A stretch of DNA of 64,000 bases from Tubiluchus corallicola (taxonomy: Eukaryota; Animalia; Priapulida): assembly GCA_030141605.1 (NCBI GenBank), contig JAQGDQ010000239.1:186001-250000 (forward strand). Direction: 5' to 3'. The position numbers and the translations under genes are program-made. Below the pieces are notes generated by a model, which had not been told where the DNA came from, ran no database searches, and was given only the letters and a program-made list of their open reading frames with translations. Numbering within the stretch: position 1 is the first letter of the stretch; the number at the start of each line of letters is the position of its first letter. This document shows, piece by piece, positions 42,101 through 53,908 of this stretch.

Positions 42101-42466
42101 GAAGCTCTGAAGTGGTAACTAGTTAACTAGAATGACACACTGAATGTGACTAAAGTTTCAATAAACCAAATATAATTAGGGCACACTACAGCAAACATAC
42201 TGCAGTCAGACATAACCTGCACACAATGTATTAAAGCTACAACTAATATATGATGCTTCACTAACTTCATCTGATCTAAAAGCTTGCTTCACGTGTGTAT
42301 ATTGTAAGAATCTGGCTAGGGGAAGCACATTTGACCCCGTGTACATCATAACGAAGAAATGGACACCAGTGAGATAAAGACGAGAGATGTTGGGATTGTC
42401 CTGCATGATGTGGTACAGCAGTGTGGCCACCTTCTCCACCAGGATGGGGTCAAAAGTCAGGAGAAG
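24057..42466 (-). CDS. DNAJC13: DnaJ homolog subfamily C member 13 (RME-8), C-terminal ~1145 aa, 26 coding exons; 5' part lies outside the window
   Basis: Exons spliced by hand, all GT-AG with consistent phase: 42266-42466, 40635-40789, 40029-40230, 38174-38289, 37879-37972, 37253-37373, 36688-36872, 35900-36091, 35629-35808, 34065-34232, 33536-33649, 33249-33365, 32881-33058, 32630-32721, 31453-31552, 31121-31195, 30689-30889, 30128-30209, 29798-29840, 28477-28650, 28282-28353, 27637-27744, 26845-26985, 26171-26311, 25850-25949, 24057-24142 (3438 nt including TGA). Peptides such as [54 protein letters not shown] and PGVAGYLT match DNAJC13 as I recall it. Confidence 0.95.
27146..27543 (+). 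mobile_element. 5'-truncated CR1-like LINE 3' end
   Basis: Reads [46 protein letters not shown], typical of the CR1 ORF2 C-terminus. Ends AATAAA(TCTAA)3. TCATTT flanks both sides (27140-45, 27544-49). Confidence 0.85.
29493..29585 (-). mobile_element. 93-bp 5'-truncated RTE-like LINE end with a 16-bp TSD
   Basis: TTAAAACGATACACAT duplicated at 29477-29492 and 29586-29601. The minus strand ends in a (TGA)n-like tail, preceded by REAGFIQQW, similar to RTE ORF C-termini. Confidence 0.8.
34394..35094 (-). mobile_element. Internally deleted pogo/Tigger-type (Tc1/mariner superfamily) DNA transposon in a DNAJC13 intron
   Basis: TIRs CCGTATTTTCCC(A/G)TGTATAAGAGACCCT with 1 mismatch, TA on both flanks (34392-93, 35095-96), and subterminal repeats of TGTATAAGAGACCC. 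Internal ORF 34519-34776 ([27 protein letters not shown]) resembles a CENP-B-type HTH. Confidence 0.9.
37879..37972 (-). CDS. DNAJC13: DNAJC13 J-domain exon with HPD motif (absent from the ORF track)
   Basis: Reads [31 protein letters not shown] between a ttccag acceptor and a gtttgt donor. Confidence 0.95.
38820..39150. repeat. Degenerate (TA/TG)n purine-pyrimidine repeat in a DNAJC13 intron
   Basis: Alternating tatgtg-type runs; source of the spurious HT- and VY-rich ORFs. Confidence 0.9.
39805..39930 (+). mobile_element. Possible LINE (L2/Crack-like) 3' end
   Basis: GGGTGGC...GCCACCC stem (39805-39841), then AATAAA and a TTTGAA-type tail, after a long T-rich tract. No ORF remnant seen. 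Confidence 0.35.
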
Positions 42467-43556
42467 CTGAAAAATAAAACAAAAAGTTTATTATTTCAAA
42501 CCATATGTTCAACCAAGGAGCTCTGGCTGAACTAGCAAACCTGACAAATGTTATACATCTTTCCTGAAAAATTTGGTTTTTCCTATAGATACCAAAAACA
42601 TTTTAGAATAGTTGTCTTTATGACAAGTAGTACGAATGAAGTAAATTCAAAGATTGTTGCAAAAAATAAGAGAAGTTAAGTAAAAGTGCACTGCTGCTTG
42701 CAAACTGTATATTATACAGCAGTGCAGGTTGGAAACTACGACTCAGATATTAATCTCACAGGTGCACTTCTGAGTTTTAAGCTAATTATTCCTTTTATTA
42801 CCCACACTATTAACAGCAGGGATAATTATATTGTAACTGATAATAACTAGTAACTTATTAACTATAAGTTAATAACAGCATCTATAAATGCATTACATCA
42901 CAGAACCCGAATCATAATCCATGGATGAGGCAGAGGCAAATGCACAGGTTTAATTAAAAAAGAACAAAAACGTTATGGTAATCTAGAAAATTACACTAGC
43001 CTACAGTCCTACACAACATCCATGCGACCCTTATTCAAAATAGATCAGCCCACTTAGGCTTATCTTAAGCTTTTATTAGGTTATGGTAGCTGCAACATTG
43101 CTGTCAAACAATTAGCAGAATTGACAGCAAAACAGTGGCAAAAAATATAGGTTGAGAAAATTTACTCATCTGTATTGGATGAAGAAAATGCAAGAAAATG
43201 GCCACGTCAGTCAAATACATACAGTCTAGCTGGCTCAAGTTAAAACTAATTTTAAACACATTCTAAACATTTCGAAAATTTTACAGTTGGATAAATAAGT
43301 GAAGAAGTTTATATGTGTATGATTGACTTTAATTAAGCGTTTGATTTCAACAAATGCTGGTAATTCTTTATTTGCTACACAAATTACTAGCAGCGTATGA
43401 GCAATTCTACGTTTGTCCACTGTGAAGCCAGAAGCCAAAGGGACTGTGAAGTCGTAACCAGGCTTCAGTTCTCTTCCAGATAAAACTGCATAAAACGGCA
43501 CAGTAAAACCTCTGTTAGGAAAGTGAGCTGTGATTATTTTCTTATAGTCATGAATT

Positions 43557-44558
43557 ATGAATGCCAGTAATTTGTTATGGCAGGAGGAGTTTTTTGAAAC
43601 AACATCAGCGTCTATACTGTACCACTGCTTATTAGTTGTTTCAATAGTGACCATACTTGGAAATCTAGTAGTGATAATTTCTATTACTTTCGGTGTCCGG
43701 AGAAGAAAGCCTATATTGATTGTGCTAGCAAGTTTAGCTGTGACAGATACATTTGGCGGATGTACAGGTGTATATAAATATCTTTATATCTATGCGGAAG
43801 TAGTACCTGCTAATATCTATACTTGTTGGATAACCTTTTCGCTTCAAGTATTGTGTTACATTTCCTCATGTTTACACATAACCGCTTTGTCTTTCGATTG
43901 TTACTTGGGCACTGAGAAGCCACTACGGCACAAGAGAAAGTTAAGAAAACGACACGTAAAAATGATTATAACAGGTTGTTGGATTATTCCAGTACTGTAC
44001 AATCTTGTTTCAATACCAATCAAGATAACGAGCTTTAATAATAACAACGACAGTGGATATATTGAATATTGGTATAACCACTATAAATGTACGTTAGATA
44101 ATGAAGGAGGACATAATTTAATAGATATAGTTACAGTTTCTGTGATTTTCGTTATACCTGTATTAAATGTCGCGTTGTATACACGAATATATTGGATCAT
44201 TCAGCACAGAACTATTACTGCATCACGACAGACAAAAAATAAGAAATGTTTGGTAACTGTATGTCTAATATGCCTAGTTTTCTTAGTGTTCTATACGCCA
44301 GTGTTAATACTGGGATTTATACGGGAAACGCAGCAACTTAGACATAATGATGTGACAAAGTACATCCATTCTTTGCATATTGTAACCATACTACCAGTGC
44401 TAAACTCCATGTGTAACCCTTTGCTATACGGATTCAGAATACGAGGAGTAAGGTCCGGATTGAATAACATCGTGCGAATGTCAACCACATCCAAAGTGAT
44501 TGCAAGTTCGACAAATGGTCAAGAGCTTCCAGAACTTAGAAGTCAATGTAGTTTGTAA
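43557..44558 (+). CDS. Intronless class A GPCR (333 aa), DCY variant (GPCR1)
   Basis: Seven hydrophobic segments; TM1 GN, TM2 SLAVTD, TM3 cysteine and DCY, TM4 W..P, ECL2 cysteine, TM6 FYTP, TM7 NSMCNPLLY. Confidence 0.93.
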   Translation: MNASNLLWQEEFFETTSASILYHCLLVVSIVTILGNLVVIISITFGVRRRKPILIVLASLAVTDTFGGCTGVYKYLYIYAEVVPANIYTCWITFSLQVLCYISSCLHITALSFDCYLGTEKPLRHKRKLRKRHVKMIITGCWIIPVLYNLVSIPIKITSFNNNNDSGYIEYWYNHYKCTLDNEGGHNLIDIVTVSVIFVIPVLNVALYTRIYWIIQHRTITASRQTKNKKCLVTVCLICLVFLVFYTPVLILGFIRETQQLRHNDVTKYIHSLHIVTILPVLNSMCNPLLYGFRIRGVRSGLNNIVRMSTTSKVIASSTNGQELPELRSQCSL

Positions 44559-47007
44559 CTATTCCAAATACTGATATTGCTGCTTCATTGCATGCTTTAA
44601 CGAACCAGGATAAATGTATGTTAGCTACATCTGTAGCGTAATGCTTATGGAGCTATGCATGTTAAAAAAAGAAACTCTTTTCAGTCATTGACAAGTCAGT
44701 GCTTACTTGGAAACGATGGAAAGGACTATCGTCGCTGACAAATGTAACTTGCTCACACAAATGCGTAAGCAAAATCAATACGCGTCCAACAATTACCTAA
44801 AATTACACACGCATACAGATTCAATCAGTCAGCCATAGAGTCTAATGCAACTGGGACATCAAGTAGTTATTTCACCTAATAACACCCATACATACAACAC
44901 TTGTCCGTAGTGACCCACAAGATTCTTCTCTAAAAAGAAAAATATTTTTCAGCCCATAAGACTAAATGAAACTGAAAAAATGGTGACATCGGGTTAAGGT
45001 GATCAGTCAGTTTTGGCCTCTATCAAGGAACATACAAGGCAGCAAGGCGGAAACCTCTTTATATGATCAGTAGCTAACAAGGACGGATGTGTATGTACAG
45101 AACTATAGCATCTTCCGTATTTACTAAAAAAGCATTGGGGATAGTCATGTCAAGACCCAAGCTGTGGTGTGGGGCTTTATTATTTAAAATCAAGATACTG
45201 AAGCGGTCATTTTTGCATGGTTACAGAACAATGTAAGTAGATGTGTAATTAATGTACCTAAAGAGAGAGGTGGTGAAGTCAGATTATGAGGAAAATTATC
45301 GTATAACAAATAATCGTCAGCCTAATAATTGAGAAATTGAACAAGCTAAAGTAAAAATTGACATTTCTTATTATTTTATTATTTATTAGGCACAAAAATC
45401 AATATATACATTTTATACATGAGTAAAAGTAAACAGTAAAATTATATGGTCATGATCAATACGAAGGCTGTGCCTACCACAGTGTGCCATGAATGACAGC
45501 AAGAAACTAAATCCTCGAACTGATCGCTGCCTGTCATTAACAATTAACGACGAAGCTGACAAAATTAATTGTTTCTACATATTATAGCCTTCTTTTGTTT
45601 TTATCTTTGGAGGAGTTATATATTTTATGTTATGATATAATTAGCCTGACTTTAACGCTTGGTACTTTATGAATTCCATCTATGATATAATTAACCTGAC
45701 TTTAAAGCTTTTGTATTTCTAAATTACTTTAATATTCAGCTATGTAGAGGAATAGAGTCTAAACGTAATATGATCTATTCACCATTCCCAATGTACGATT
45801 CCAAGCTAAGTTAAATTAATCAGTGCTGACATCTCAACCAACAGTTACCAACTGCAAGTTAATTAATCAGTTACCGACCGAGTCTTAAGCCACCACACAT
45901 TTAGATCTCCAATGGCCTCTCGGATCTCAATGTCCAGTGAGGCAACTCATCAGATGATCAAATCTAAATGTCCACTGACTTGTTTACTCAGTTACCACAC
46001 CAGCCCCAATTATCACTGATTTAACTCTTTTTCTATCGCGATTCTCAGCCTCCACTGATTTCTTTCATTCCATTTTCTTTTGTTCAATAATTATCCTCAC
46101 CACATTTTTTTCTAACCTCATGAACTGAGCAGCAGGACTGAGTTTACTCAGTCGTGCATACCACCTGATAAGTGAATTTTCTAACTAACAAAAAAGTTGA
46201 CAAGTTACGTAAACGTACTTGCTGGCTTATATAACACAATGCGGTACATGACAGTTTGCTGAAGGGGTTAAGATACATGGAAGTACAGATTCGCCTACAC
46301 ATTCAAAATTTAGTGTGCATGCTTTCAGTCCTTTCGACAACCTGCTTGCTTGGGGGTTGATTAAAAATAGCTCACAGATGATAATTCAAACTATTTCAAA
46401 ACTCTCCTGTCAGCATCCACCGGAGGTCATGGAGACATTTGAGATACATGTACAAGCAAAGCATGCTCAGAGCGATAATTTGATACTGACCAGCCTTTCT
46501 TGTCCTCAAAAATGCAAAGAAAGCTTGCATATAAATTATTGTGTGTGTACGAGTCTCTATCCGTTAGTGCATACACATTTGATCTAAAAACGCATTTTAT
46601 TGTCATTATTCGTTGTTTTTCGCTCCTGCCACTACAAAGCTAAATACTGTACAAGCTCGAATGAATGAGTACAGTTCATCATGTTAGAGACAGCACGACT
46701 GATTACGCTTATTCAACTCACGCACTTCGACCTAGTCAAAGTTACTCAGTTACATTGTCTAGCCTTATGTTCACACACTGCTATTTCATATTGACGAGAT
46801 GAAGCCCGAAAAGCAACAGTTTTAATAAGTAAGTGTATGGACAAGCCTAAACCCATCTGTTGAATGTTCAGTCTTTGGGTAAGCTTGCTGTACGTTTACA
46901 CAAGTTTCACTTTCAATAAACATGCATATTCTGTAGTATGTTTATAACACCGAAACCACTGAAAATTGTGTATATAACTTGTGGAAATCACTCTAACGTA
47001 CAAAAAC

Positions 47008-47396
47008 TAGAGTGCACTGTATGGTAACTATCAAACTCCCTATAAAAAGTAACCTACGGACTCCCTATAAAAAGAGAAGTTTTTTTAGGATAGTTATAAT
47101 GTTATGATGATGTTATAACGACGGCCGTATTGGGAAAGTGAAAAATTTGGCGCCGTTGCGGTCTGCGCAATGGTCCAGGCAGTATCTTCTTGCAAAATTT
47201 CAGCTCTCAGGAGTGTTGTCCAAGCTCAGCGCAAGAAATTCCTCGCCACTAAAATCATTACCTTAATGAAGATAGAATAGGTCACATTTAGCAGGGCATT
47301 TCCCATAATAAAAATTGCCAGTTAGTTTTTAGGGATTAAGCTAATAATTATAACTAGCGGAAGCGCTACTGTAATAACAGCCCAGTGCTTATTCTA
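47008..47396. mobile_element. Possible MITE with TAG...CTA termini
   Basis: Imperfect TIR (TAGAGTGCACTG versus reverse complement TAGAATAAGCACTG), AAC on both flanks, and internal duplication of ACTCCCTATAAAAAG/A. Confidence 0.3.
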
Positions 47397-48319
47397 AACA
47401 GGTTTCCTCCTCATTTAATTATCAAACCTTTAATAATGTTCCTTATGCAAGAGCTGCAATTCACAGATTTCCTAATTAGCTATTCTGGTGCATTAAATTA
47501 CTGGAAGCACTCTAATATGTAGCTACATAATTGCTACATGTGTATGTCTGTTACTAATGAGTAGACAAGTAAATTATGACAAAGAACCACCACTTCACAG
47601 ATATTACGCATAAAAGCATTCACTCATGAAGTGAAAGAATACATGAAGGATGTGCGAAATTTAATTTTTTTGTAATGGCAGTCCGGAAACTATTATTATT
47701 GTCGTAGATTTCGCACGTTCACAGATTTATTACGACAAGCAACTTTTTGAAGGACGGTAATACAATGATAAAATAGTTTGGAAACTTTCAGTTCCATTAG
47801 AATCTATTCACCATCTATATTTTTGTCAACTATTACAAAAGGTCATAAAATGGTTGTATACACGGAGTGGCATTCCATACTAAAACCGAACTTGACCGAA
47901 TTCACTCCTGGTATTAGCAGTTCGAACAGTAAACTTAGTCTTTCTCTTACAATGTATGTATACAGAGATTGAGAATGAACTGGATTTCAGCAATGTAAAT
48001 TTACGCAATATGTACAAGTAATCATATACAGAATGAAAGAAATGTCACACTAGCCAGCGAATACAAATAATCTCGAAGCCAAGCTGAAGAAAATGCATCC
48101 TGACCATAAGACTGATTCTCAAAGCAGAACAGACGGCTGAAGTTAAAATTAAATAACAAAGTGAAGTTGGGCGAGTTTTTATAACGCAAGTTAAATGACT
48201 CGACGAACAGTCAGGCTGAGAAATACTGATCTACGAAAGGAGAGTTCAACATTGCCCCTAAGAATTTCTACTTTGCATGACTTTTTTTAATGCTTTTTAG
48301 TGCTCACTTTTAGGCACTA

Positions 48320-48915
48320 GTGATAATGCGATCTACAAACATCCGTGCTTAGACGGCGTGTATTTTACATATCACAGACAGTGTTATGTAACATCATCTT
48401 CACTCATAACAGTTATATCGTCAGGTGCTGCTTAAAACACACACACACATCACGTACTAACGCGCACGCGCGCAGGCACACACACGTACACACAAACAAA
48501 CTGAAAGAACGAAATGCCAAGACGGTTACGGCATGTTGTATTTGTAATATACCGAAATATACCGACAGCAGTTAGGCAGAGTAATTTTATATTAGATAAT
48601 GATAGTATACGCTAGAGTATTGGCTTCATTTGTATGTGCACTGAATGTTGCACTACATGTATGAACAAAGTAGATATTTCGGCACAGGACTCCAGTGCAA
48701 TCAAAGAACATTCAGCGTTTAATAATTACCTGCTATCTTACACTTTATTGTTGTATATAATATGCTTGTGCAGACATTGGGACTCAAGCGGGAAAGTTGG
48801 CAGCTGTCACATAACGCCATGGTAGCCTGTTTGCATCTTTTATATGGTGTAACACTACTAAGAATCCTGAATTCACGTGCAATCAGTGTTTTATGTGCAT
48901 CAAAGTAAAGGAGTT
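48320..48915 (+). pseudogene. Decayed GPCR paralog of GPCR1/GPCR2
   Basis: 48641-48691 reads LNVALHV*TK*IFRHRT, an ungapped match to GPCR1 LNVALYTRIYWIIQHRT. 48777-48875 reads LGLKRESWQLSHNAMVACLHLLYGVTLLRILNS versus GPCR2 VGIMRKSWQLTENDTTAYLYPLHVVTRLPILNS. 48498-48539 reads KLKERNAKTVTACC versus KLRKRHVKMIITGCW. A CA/CG microsatellite interrupts it near 48437-48495. Confidence 0.85.
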
Positions 48916-49864
48916 TCATTAGTGACTACCAAAACATAGTGCACTTGCATGTCAAGTTTATCGAGCAAATGCATGATGGTTTTGCAAAAGGCATCGAATG
49001 TCAAAAACTTAAATCTAGGCGAAAAAAGATAAAATTATTGACAAAGTGGCAATGTATTGGTCGTAAAATGCAACATTCGGTGCTATTTGTCTAAAACATA
49101 ATCAGAAAGTAAAGTCAAAAGACCTAATTAGTACATATTGACTTATCTGTTATTGCTACATTTGGCTAATCTCATTGTAAATGCAAAATCACAGCAAGTG
49201 TTAGTTAATCTTTACCAACTTCAATAAAATGGAAAATCGGAAAAACTAATTATCTGAGTAAAAATGGAAGCCAGCACAAACTTTGACAATTTCACAAACT
49301 AGGAAGTGACACACACGCACTAGGGTGCAACCATGACAAATACACAGGGAAATTCAATACATTCGCTCATTCACTAGCAGATTTAATCATCAGCAAGGGT
49401 GTCTAGCGCCCTAGGGAAATCCAGCAGTACTTAAACATGAAATCTCTTTATATTCAACTCCAGTAGCATAAATGAAATAGGTATCGTAAATGTCAGGCAT
49501 GTGACATAATGAAACTCCAATGTCGAGTGAACAAAAAAACCCTCAGCAGAAACAAAAACTAAACTGAAGCAATGAAAAACAGTGCCGTTTTTCGGGCAAA
49601 TGGCGCGCGACTTATTAACAAATATGGCCAATATGCTGTACTGAGTTGCAGCATAATTATGTTCATTCCGATTATGGTTTTTCGCTACGTTTCTAATTCC
49701 TTATACAAATAAATAAATGTGAAAAAATAAACGAACTAGCTAAGAAAATAGTTGTGATTTCTGCTTTAACTGCCAACAGATGGGAGTACTTGACATATTT
49801 CTGAAAAGCAACTGGTCTCATTTGCATTTTGCTATGTCATACAGTGTACCAAATATAATAATAT

Positions 49865-50740
49865 GGAACGTAGGTAAAACGGCACCGTAAACATGGCACA
49901 GGAAAAAATGGCACAGTAAAAATGATACAGGAAAAAATTACAGAAGAAACAATGGCACAAATGGAAAAATAGGTAAAAGTGTTACAAGTAAAAATGGTAT
50001 AGGAAAAAATGGCACACTTAGTAAAATACGTGTTTAGGGCTAGGGTTACAGTGGGGGATAATTATTTTAATCATTTTTGCCTCTGCCAAGGAAGCTATGC
50101 TTCAACACAGTCTGTTTGTTTGGTTGTTTTTTGTCTGTTATGGTAGTAAAACTATTACGCAAAAACTGTCTAACAGATTTCCAAGCAATTTTGTAAAGAA
50201 AGGTGGGCATAAAGTGCCGAAATGAGAATCTTTTTACAAGTTATTTTTCGCAAAACTTGACCGAACATGACCGAACACCACATACTAAAAAAAAAACATT
50301 TGTGAAGCACTTCGTGGCGGTCTCACAGGGAGTGTTTAGTACTTCTTTTTTGTTATCTCCACCTGGACAAACAACTACCGAGTTAGTACCGGTGCCATTT
50401 CGAGAAATTCTTGCTTGTATAACTATATCGCCAAAATTAATGGTTAAAAGGGTAGATAAACACTATATGTAGCATGCGTGCATTATTGACAATAAATCTA
50501 TTTTATGGAACAAATATTTTTCGAGTCTTTTGCCAGTCTGTATAATACAAATACAATTTTTGTATGTTTGCTTGTTTGTCTTTGTGTTAAATTTTTTTAA
50601 TCAAAAAAATCAGACGAATAAGTTTATGATTGTTCCTACTGAACGCATTCTAGTTTTATGACAGAAATCAATTGCATCAAAATAACAATGTGCTATTTTT
50701 TCCTGTGCCATTTTTACCAGTGCTATTTTTACCACGCACC
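49865..50740. mobile_element. Non-autonomous MULE/foldback-like element, copy 1
   Basis: Both ends are inverted arrays of ~14-15-nt GGTAAAAATGGCACA-like units; GG...CC termini; AATAATAT duplicated at 49857-64 and 50741-48. Confidence 0.75.
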
Positions 50741-50993
50741 AATAATATGTGACATATTTTCGTTTAAATATTGATCATAAATCATGATATCGGGCTTTCT
50801 ATCTCTAAACACTGCGATGAATGCAGTGAATAATTGGTCCTCAACTAAGCTTCTCAAATCATCAAGTTAAAATGTATAAAAATTCACATCTGACTTTTTT
50901 TTTGCTTACTTAGCTTGAAAATAAATCTTAAGCCTGAAAATAGACAATTAGCCCAATCAATTGAAGAATGCACTTATAAATTGTTGCTTAAAA

Positions 50994-51050
50994 CCAGGAC
51001 TTGAACCAAGAACCTTTGGCTTTCAGGGCACATGCTGATAAGTATACACA
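50994..51050 (-). other. tRNA-derived (SINE head or pseudo-tRNA) remnant
   Basis: The minus strand has a B-box GGTTCAAGTCC downstream of a CTGAAAG anticodon-loop-like motif. No intact A-box or acceptor stem. Confidence 0.3.
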
Positions 51051-53137
51051 TGATAAACATAAACATACCAATGTGCCAATCTCTAAATCACTGTCTGATG
51101 AATCAAATATTAATAATGTCATAAAACAGGGAACAAAAAACGTAACTGAGAAGATGATCACTGATCACTGAATAGTTGTTTTGAAGTTTTGGCAATCTCT
51201 ATAATTTTACTATGAGAAGTTAACTTAGTTAAGGCAAGAGATTCAAATAAGGATTATTGTTCAGGTTGTTAAAAAAAACGTGATCAGCGTGGGCTAGAAA
51301 ATCTTGACAATGAAATGAAAACTTGTACTAATTCCCTTTTCGTCAAAAATGAAGTTCAGGTGCTCAAATGAAATTCAGGACTGTGCAAGTTAAAAATTTT
51401 AGACAATTATTTAAGAAAAAAAATCTAAAGCAGATGATTTGTTATGGGTGAAAACTGTGGAAGCTCGAATTCAATCGAATGCTATTAACCCATAAGGATT
51501 CAATAAAAAAGTAGTTACTAGTTGTTGCTAGAAAATTGATATACTTGTTATACATCAACTATAATCGTATCATTCAATCAACGACCTACAGATGTTGTTG
51601 GCAGATGATCAAACATGACCTAGGTATGTTGTGACGATGTTCTAACATTTTAATGATTTCCATTCCTAGGATGCAGTTCTGACATTCTTAGGAAATTAAT
51701 ATAATTCTGCACCAGAAAATGGGACAACGAATATTTGAGGTGGTTGCTCATTGAGGTTAGAACTATCATACAGATATCAAAGTTCAAATTTTACAAAACA
51801 CATTCCAAAGATTACCTTAGCTATTACAGCACAAGCATAAATTTAATTAATGTAACTTATCTGGATATTTTATATTATGACGTTTTAAGATTCTTTTAGC
51901 TGTATATTATTGAGAGACACTCAATTCATGGTTACATTAAAAAGTGACGTTACATAAAAACATGCAAAAAGTAACATTTATAGTCTAATGGATTAGAGTG
52001 ATTGAAGAACAAAGAGTAAAATTAAATTTAACATTTTGCCACATGAAATTGTTTTAGAATGAAAGCAAAAATTGAAAAGCAAATAAAACTGCTCAATAAC
52101 AAGAAAATGAATTTGAAGAATAGCTAATGAAAGACGAAAGTATGAATAAATAAGTGTAAACTAAAAGTCATTATATCCTTTCTTGAACAATGCATTTTCA
52201 TCAGTTCTCTACCCTTAAATTGATTCCATATGAACACTAATATCAGACAAAATAGTGAATACAGTATAAAAATAATATCTATGAGATTTTCAGACTTAAT
52301 ATATCATGACGATTATGAAGTGTAACTTGTCTTGAATATTAATATTCTAGTACAAGCGGAATTTTCTTGATTTAACCCGACAATTAATATTTTTTACTAT
52401 CTTTGTTCTCATGTTTTTTGTTTCATTAATAGCTTATGCCTGCACACTGCACAGGGTTTGATCACAAAATTTACAGGGCACACTTCCCAGATAGAGGCAC
52501 GATGTTTATAAGTGATTCGATACCTTGGGTCAAATGTCATGGAACTGGCGGGTCCATTTTTTCACTACTCTGCATTGCCCATTAATTTTTATTGAGCTAA
52601 GGCGACAGTGTTTGATGGGACTGAGTTATTTTCACGGCTGAATATGACTCATGTGAGTTGGAAATTTCTTGCTAAAAACGAAATTGAGAGGTGGTATTGG
52701 GCACATGTATTATTCTAGGGTCGAACACGTGTAGTATACCAAACGAAAATTCTTCATTAGGCAAACTGAATGGTATAGGTTGACTCTTGGACCCACATGT
52801 CATAACTAGAAAAGTGACCATTTTTAACTTCACCGAAAAAAAGTAATTTATTCACAGGTAACCAAGTATAGCCAATTCAATGAAGGCAATATTACGACAT
52901 TAAGATCAATGACCCAAGGATAGGCAGTCGAAAAGTGACAAGTTGCACCAACTTTGTTGAACTTTTACATGCATGGGGTTATATAACATGAAATGGACAG
53001 CCGCACTCCTGAGGCGGAGGAACTTATGATAATATTGACAGGGTTGGGGCAAAAGTCACAGTGGGCGGTGATCTTTTTTTGTTACGTTCTATCTCCTCTA
53101 GCAGTTTTCTGGTCAATATTTTTGGTATGTGATTAGG

Positions 53138-53908
53138 GGTGCATGATAAAAATGACACAAGTAAAACTGGCACGGTAAAAGTGGCATAGGAAAAAGGGCA
53201 CACTTAATAGAATAAGTATTTAGGGTGCGGGTAACTGTCAGGTATAATTATTTTAATAATTTTCACCTCTGCCAGGAAGCTCATATGTTTGAACGCCATT
53301 TGTTTGTTTGTTTGATTGTATGTCTGGTTGCTTGCTTGCCTTGTGTCAAAAGAGATGTTTTAGCCAGTCTTTTCACAAAACTTGATACAACACCGTGTTC
53401 AAAAAAGTGTTTGTGAAGCACTTCATGGAGGTTTCGGATGGAATTTTATTGCTCGTTGGAAAGACGAGAAGCTTGGCTACAACATAGACTAATTCTTTTT
53501 CACAAATACCTCTGTAACTTATGCTTACAAATCGGGTTTCAAGATGACTTCAGCTACTCAAATATGGTGCAGCTGACAGTCTACATTGTCATCGTCAAAG
53601 ATCAAAAAAAATTGTGGGGTCAAATAGCCAAACACGATGTAGAATGTTCATGGAACAAAATATTTATTTTTAACTATTTGTTTAACTATTTATATAGGTA
53701 CATTTTCATATGTTTGTTTGTTTGGTTATCTTTGTTTTTTCCGTTATTTTCTATCAAAAGACTGAGATGAATTTTGTCGAAGGTGTGCTTTCTACTTAGT
53801 GTTATTTTAGTTCTATTATCAAAAAACATATACACCATTTTTTCATACTTTTCCATTTGAGCCGTTTTTCCGGTTCTATTTTTACCTGTGCCTTTTTTAT
53901 CTGCAATC
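53138..53908. mobile_element. Non-autonomous MULE/foldback-like element, copy 2
   Basis: Same inverted unit arrays. Interior similar to copy 1 (ataattattttaat...cctctgcca(a)ggaagct; tttgtgaagcacttc; tggaacaaa). Flanks GTGATTAGG and ATGATGAGG match 7/9. Confidence 0.65.

Noticed and set aside
43235-43654. 139-aa minus-strand ORF as a possible DNAJC13 exon
   Set aside because: No resemblance to DNAJC13; overlaps the GPCR1 start antisense.
48069-48140. LKKMHPDH, J-domain-like HPD on the + strand
   Set aside because: Short frame bounded by stops, wrong strand for DNAJC13 and no other J-domain residues; likely chance.
51430-51720. Possible further GPCR relic (VVTSCC, VVTM, LTFLGN, INIILH fragments)
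   Set aside because: Fragments give conflicting registers and spacing in AT-rich DNA; cannot be supported without alignment statistics.
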